A DNA stretch of 63,535 nt, counting the filler, from Vannella sp. (taxonomy: Eukaryota): NCBI GenBank assembly GCA_023345925.1. It is 6 parts of 6 records of this genome, joined end to end, with 100 filler letters (N's around TTAATTAATTAA, not from the genome) between each part and the next. Parts side by side here need not be neighbours in the genome. Positions count along the whole stretch, not along the records: positions 60,344 to 63,535 come from JAJQQN010000713.1; 5 more parts are not named here. One strand, written 5' to 3'. Numbering within the stretch: position 1 is the first letter of the stretch; every line of letters starts with the position of its first letter. Shown here in pieces: positions 60,344 through 63,535 of this stretch. The notes beneath the pieces were generated by a model that was not told the origin of the DNA, did not search any database, and saw only the letters and a program-made list of their open reading frames with translations. The translations under genes were made by a program, and so were the position numbers.

Positions 60344-63300
60344 GATGCTGAGGGCAACACCCCATTGGACTGCGCCCTTCAGTACGGGAATGTACCTTTG
60401 AGTGCTCTTTTGTTGTGCCAGCCTGATTTGGCGACGCCTCCGATAGAGGAATCTATTCCAGCCAACCTTTGCTTTGCTGGGTTGAACATGAACAGCTTCC
60501 CAGAGAGAATCTGCCTGTTCGGGCCGATTGTGGTGGAATTGGATCTTTCAAAGAACCCGATTGCGTCGTTCCCTCCGAGTCTTTCTGCGCTGATTAACTT
60601 GCAAACTGTGCGACTGGCAGACATGAAGTTGAGGGCTTTCCCCAACCCTTTGCTTTCCTTGTTGAAATTGGAGTACATTGATTTGTCGAACAACTTGATT
60701 GCTCACATTCCTTCGCACATTGAGTGCTTGACGGAGCTCAAAACTCTGAAACTAGGAGAGAACAAGCTCAGTGCGCTCCCGTCTTCCTTGGCCCGATTGC
60801 CTAACTTACAAAGGCTGATTCTTGATCGGAACCCGCTTGATTCTATCCCTCGAGAAGTTACTTCAAGAGGTTTGGGTACTATCTTGACCTACCTTAGAGA
60901 GATGGAAGGACAAACCAACACATGGAAGAGAATTAAACTCCTCGTTCTGGGCGAAGAAGCAACAGGAAAGACCAGCCTTCTCCGGAGTTTTCAGACAAAG
61001 AAGAAGAAAACAGACATCTTCAAGAGGAGTGGAGGCAAACCTCTGTCAACGGACGGTCTTTCTGTGGGGCAATGGACCGCCGACCCCAGTGTGGAGTTCC
61101 AGACTTGGGATTTTGGGGGACAGCAAGTCTTTTATCCCACGCATCAGTTCTTTTTGTCTAGTCGATGCATCTACATTGTCACATTCAACACAATCAATCT
61201 TAATGCAGCTCGCCCATGCTATTGGATAAGGCAAATACGAGCTGTAGCGCGGGACAAGCCTTCCATCTTCCTGGTGGGTACTCACGCAGATGACCCTTCT
61301 TGTGACGAGACTCTCAAGAGTGCAGTGAAGAACCGCCTTCATTCACTCATCAACTTCAAAGCCAACAACATCGTCGATTGCCTTTTCATTAGTTCCAAGG
61401 ATGGCTCTGGGATCAAGAATCTGACCAACCATCTCACTCAAGCAGCGCTCGATAGTAACATGCTCAAGCAACAAGTCCCGTGCAGCTACATTCTATTAGC
61501 GCAGCTGCTCAGTAAGGAACGAGAGAAACACCAGTGGGTCCGTTGGAGCATGTTCCTTAAATGGGCCACTCAATGTGGTATTGGAAAGAACGGAGTGTCT
61601 TTGGCTACTCGCTTTCTCCATGATGTGGGATCTCTCATCTACTTTGAAAACAATTCTGATCTTCGAGACATTGTTATCCTGGACCCGCAATGGCTTGCTG
61701 ACGTCTTCTCCAGCTTAATCACTTTCAATCACAACTGGACCAAAGACGGTATCTTGCTCACTTCTGACCTCCCGCAGGTTTGGAAGAAATATCCTAATCA
61801 ACTGTATCCTAAGCTTCTAATGCTCCTGACTAAGTTTGGGGTTGCATCAACTCTCGAGCGAGGAGAGAACATCAAGTCTGCTACAAAGTACATTCTCCCT
61901 TCCTTGTTGCCAGACGTCCGGCCGGAATCAGTGAACGCACAATGGCCTCAAATGCTTCCAGAAGATTGCGTTGAGTTTGGTCGTTTGTTCACTTTCAACT
62001 TTATCTTTGAATTCAGCAAAGTGCTTGTAGCTTTGCTCCATGCAGAGAACCTCCATATTCAGTCTTTCTGGCGCAACGGAATCATTATTTCAACAGGACA
62101 GCAGCAGGCCCTACTCCAATGGCTTCCAAACTCCTCACAACTGAAGTTCGGTGTTAGGGTAAAGAAAGCTCATTTCCAAGCCACGCATAAGATAGAACTA
62201 CTCCGGCAAATCTGCGAACTAGTGGATTCTATTCTCGAAGGCTTCTATTGCGGATCTCCTTCTGTTCAACGAGAAGTACTTTGCAGTCACTGCCTATCTC
62301 GTAGATCATGCTTACTTGAAGGAGTGTACTTATTCAACTTGGAAAAGCTGGTTGAATTCGTCTCTAAAGGGCAATGGGTGGTCTATTGTCGCGGGGTACC
62401 TTCCAGACCAGTGAATATCCGATTCCTGGCACCCGATATTGCATTTTGTGACTTTCCAGTAATCGCCACACAGAACTACGAGATCCTGCAGGAAGTTGGA
62501 AGAGGCGGATTCGGTGTGGTATACAAAGCAAGGTTGGCTGGGCGGGATGCCGCAGTCAAGGAGCTTCTTATGCTTGCTGGCGATGATACCTTGGACACAA
62601 TGGAGGAAGGGGATGCCTATCGGAAGTTCGCTGAGTTCCAGCAAGAGGTTTACGTGATGAGTGCACTGGACCACATCAATCTTGTGAGGCTTTACGGTGT
62701 GTCCTTAAATCCGCTCCGAATGATTATGGAATGGTGTGGAAGTGGTGACTTGTACCACCTTCTACATCGTAGAGACAAGTCCACTCCCTTTAGTTGGAAG
62801 CTCCGCTTCAAAATCTCGTTAGACATTGCGAGAGGAATGACTTTCTTGCAAAGTGTAACTCCTCCCATTGTCCATCGTGATTTGCGATCTCCCAACATCT
62901 TCCTCGTCTCAACGGACGAGAACGCACCTGTTTGCGCGAAAGTGGCTGATTTTGGACTTTCCCGTCACGTTGCGAACGCTCTGGGGGAAACCTTGCCCAC
63001 TTGGCGCTGGCTGGCTCCGGAGGTTATTGACTTTGAATCTCAGGCATATGATGAACGCTCGGACATCTATAGCTTTGCGATAGTCCTATGGGAGCTCGCT
63101 ACTTCTGCTGTACCCTACGAGGAGTATCAAGCTATGTCAGGCCTGGATGTTCGGAGAGGCATCATCAGTGGAAAGCTGCGACCCACTATTCCTGATGAAG
63201 TTGATCCTCGCTTTGCAACGCTCATGCGACAATGCTGGCGGAACGATCCAAAAGATCGTTTGCCATTTGTGGAGGCGGTGAAAGTCTTGTGCGACATTCT

Positions 63301-63535
63301 GGGATTGAATCCCTCGCAGTCCTTTTACATTCCCTCTGAGTCATTCAGTAAGGAATTCCTCCAAAGCATTTGCCTGCCCCAGTTGGTGGGCGCCATCCAA
63401 CTTGAAAAAGAGTCTTTGGTTCCATTTGCACCGCCTATCTTGGTGGTGAAGAAAGACAAGCTTCGGCCGCACGCAATCACAAGCATGTTGGCTGTTGGGC
63501 AGCGTATTTGGTGCGGCTTTTCTGATGGATACGTT
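60344..63535 (+). CDS. Roco protein (ankyrin-LRR-ROC-COR-kinase), open at both ends; absent from the ORF track
   Basis: Ankyrin DAEGNTPLDCALQYGN; LRRs; ROC motifs GEEATGKTSL, WDFGGQQVFYPTHQFFL and VGTHAD; COR ILDPQWLADVFS; kinase GRGGFGVVYKA, HRDLRSPN, DFG and WLAPE. Confidence 0.93.

Overview
This is a compact, gene-dense eukaryotic (protist) genome region. It is six contigs joined by artificial 100-nt N/TTAATTAATTAA/N linkers. The standard genetic code is used, introns are short (about 44-70 nt) GT-AG, and intergenic gaps are mostly 30-180 nt. Gene content (Roco kinase with HRDLRSPN, Rac paralogues, PAK, cytoplasmic dynein) suggests Amoebozoa, which is an inference. About 28 genes or gene fragments were recognised by eye. 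The most unusual observations are: (1) a cytochrome b5 gene separated from a G-domain-less MoeA gene by a hairpin bracketed by 16-bp direct repeats, where removing one repeat unit gives an in-frame b5-MoeA fusion; (2) a dynamin-related GTPase with a presequence-like leader and a collapsed stalk fused to TPR-like and beta-rich domains; (3) a mitochondrial-type EF-hand protein with a C-terminal membrane anchor; (4) an atypical Rac; (5) an M28 pseudo-peptidase; (6) an NBR1-FW/F-box/WD40 fusion; (7) inverted-repeat clusters in intergenic DNA. All assignments come from motif recognition, and no database searches were run.
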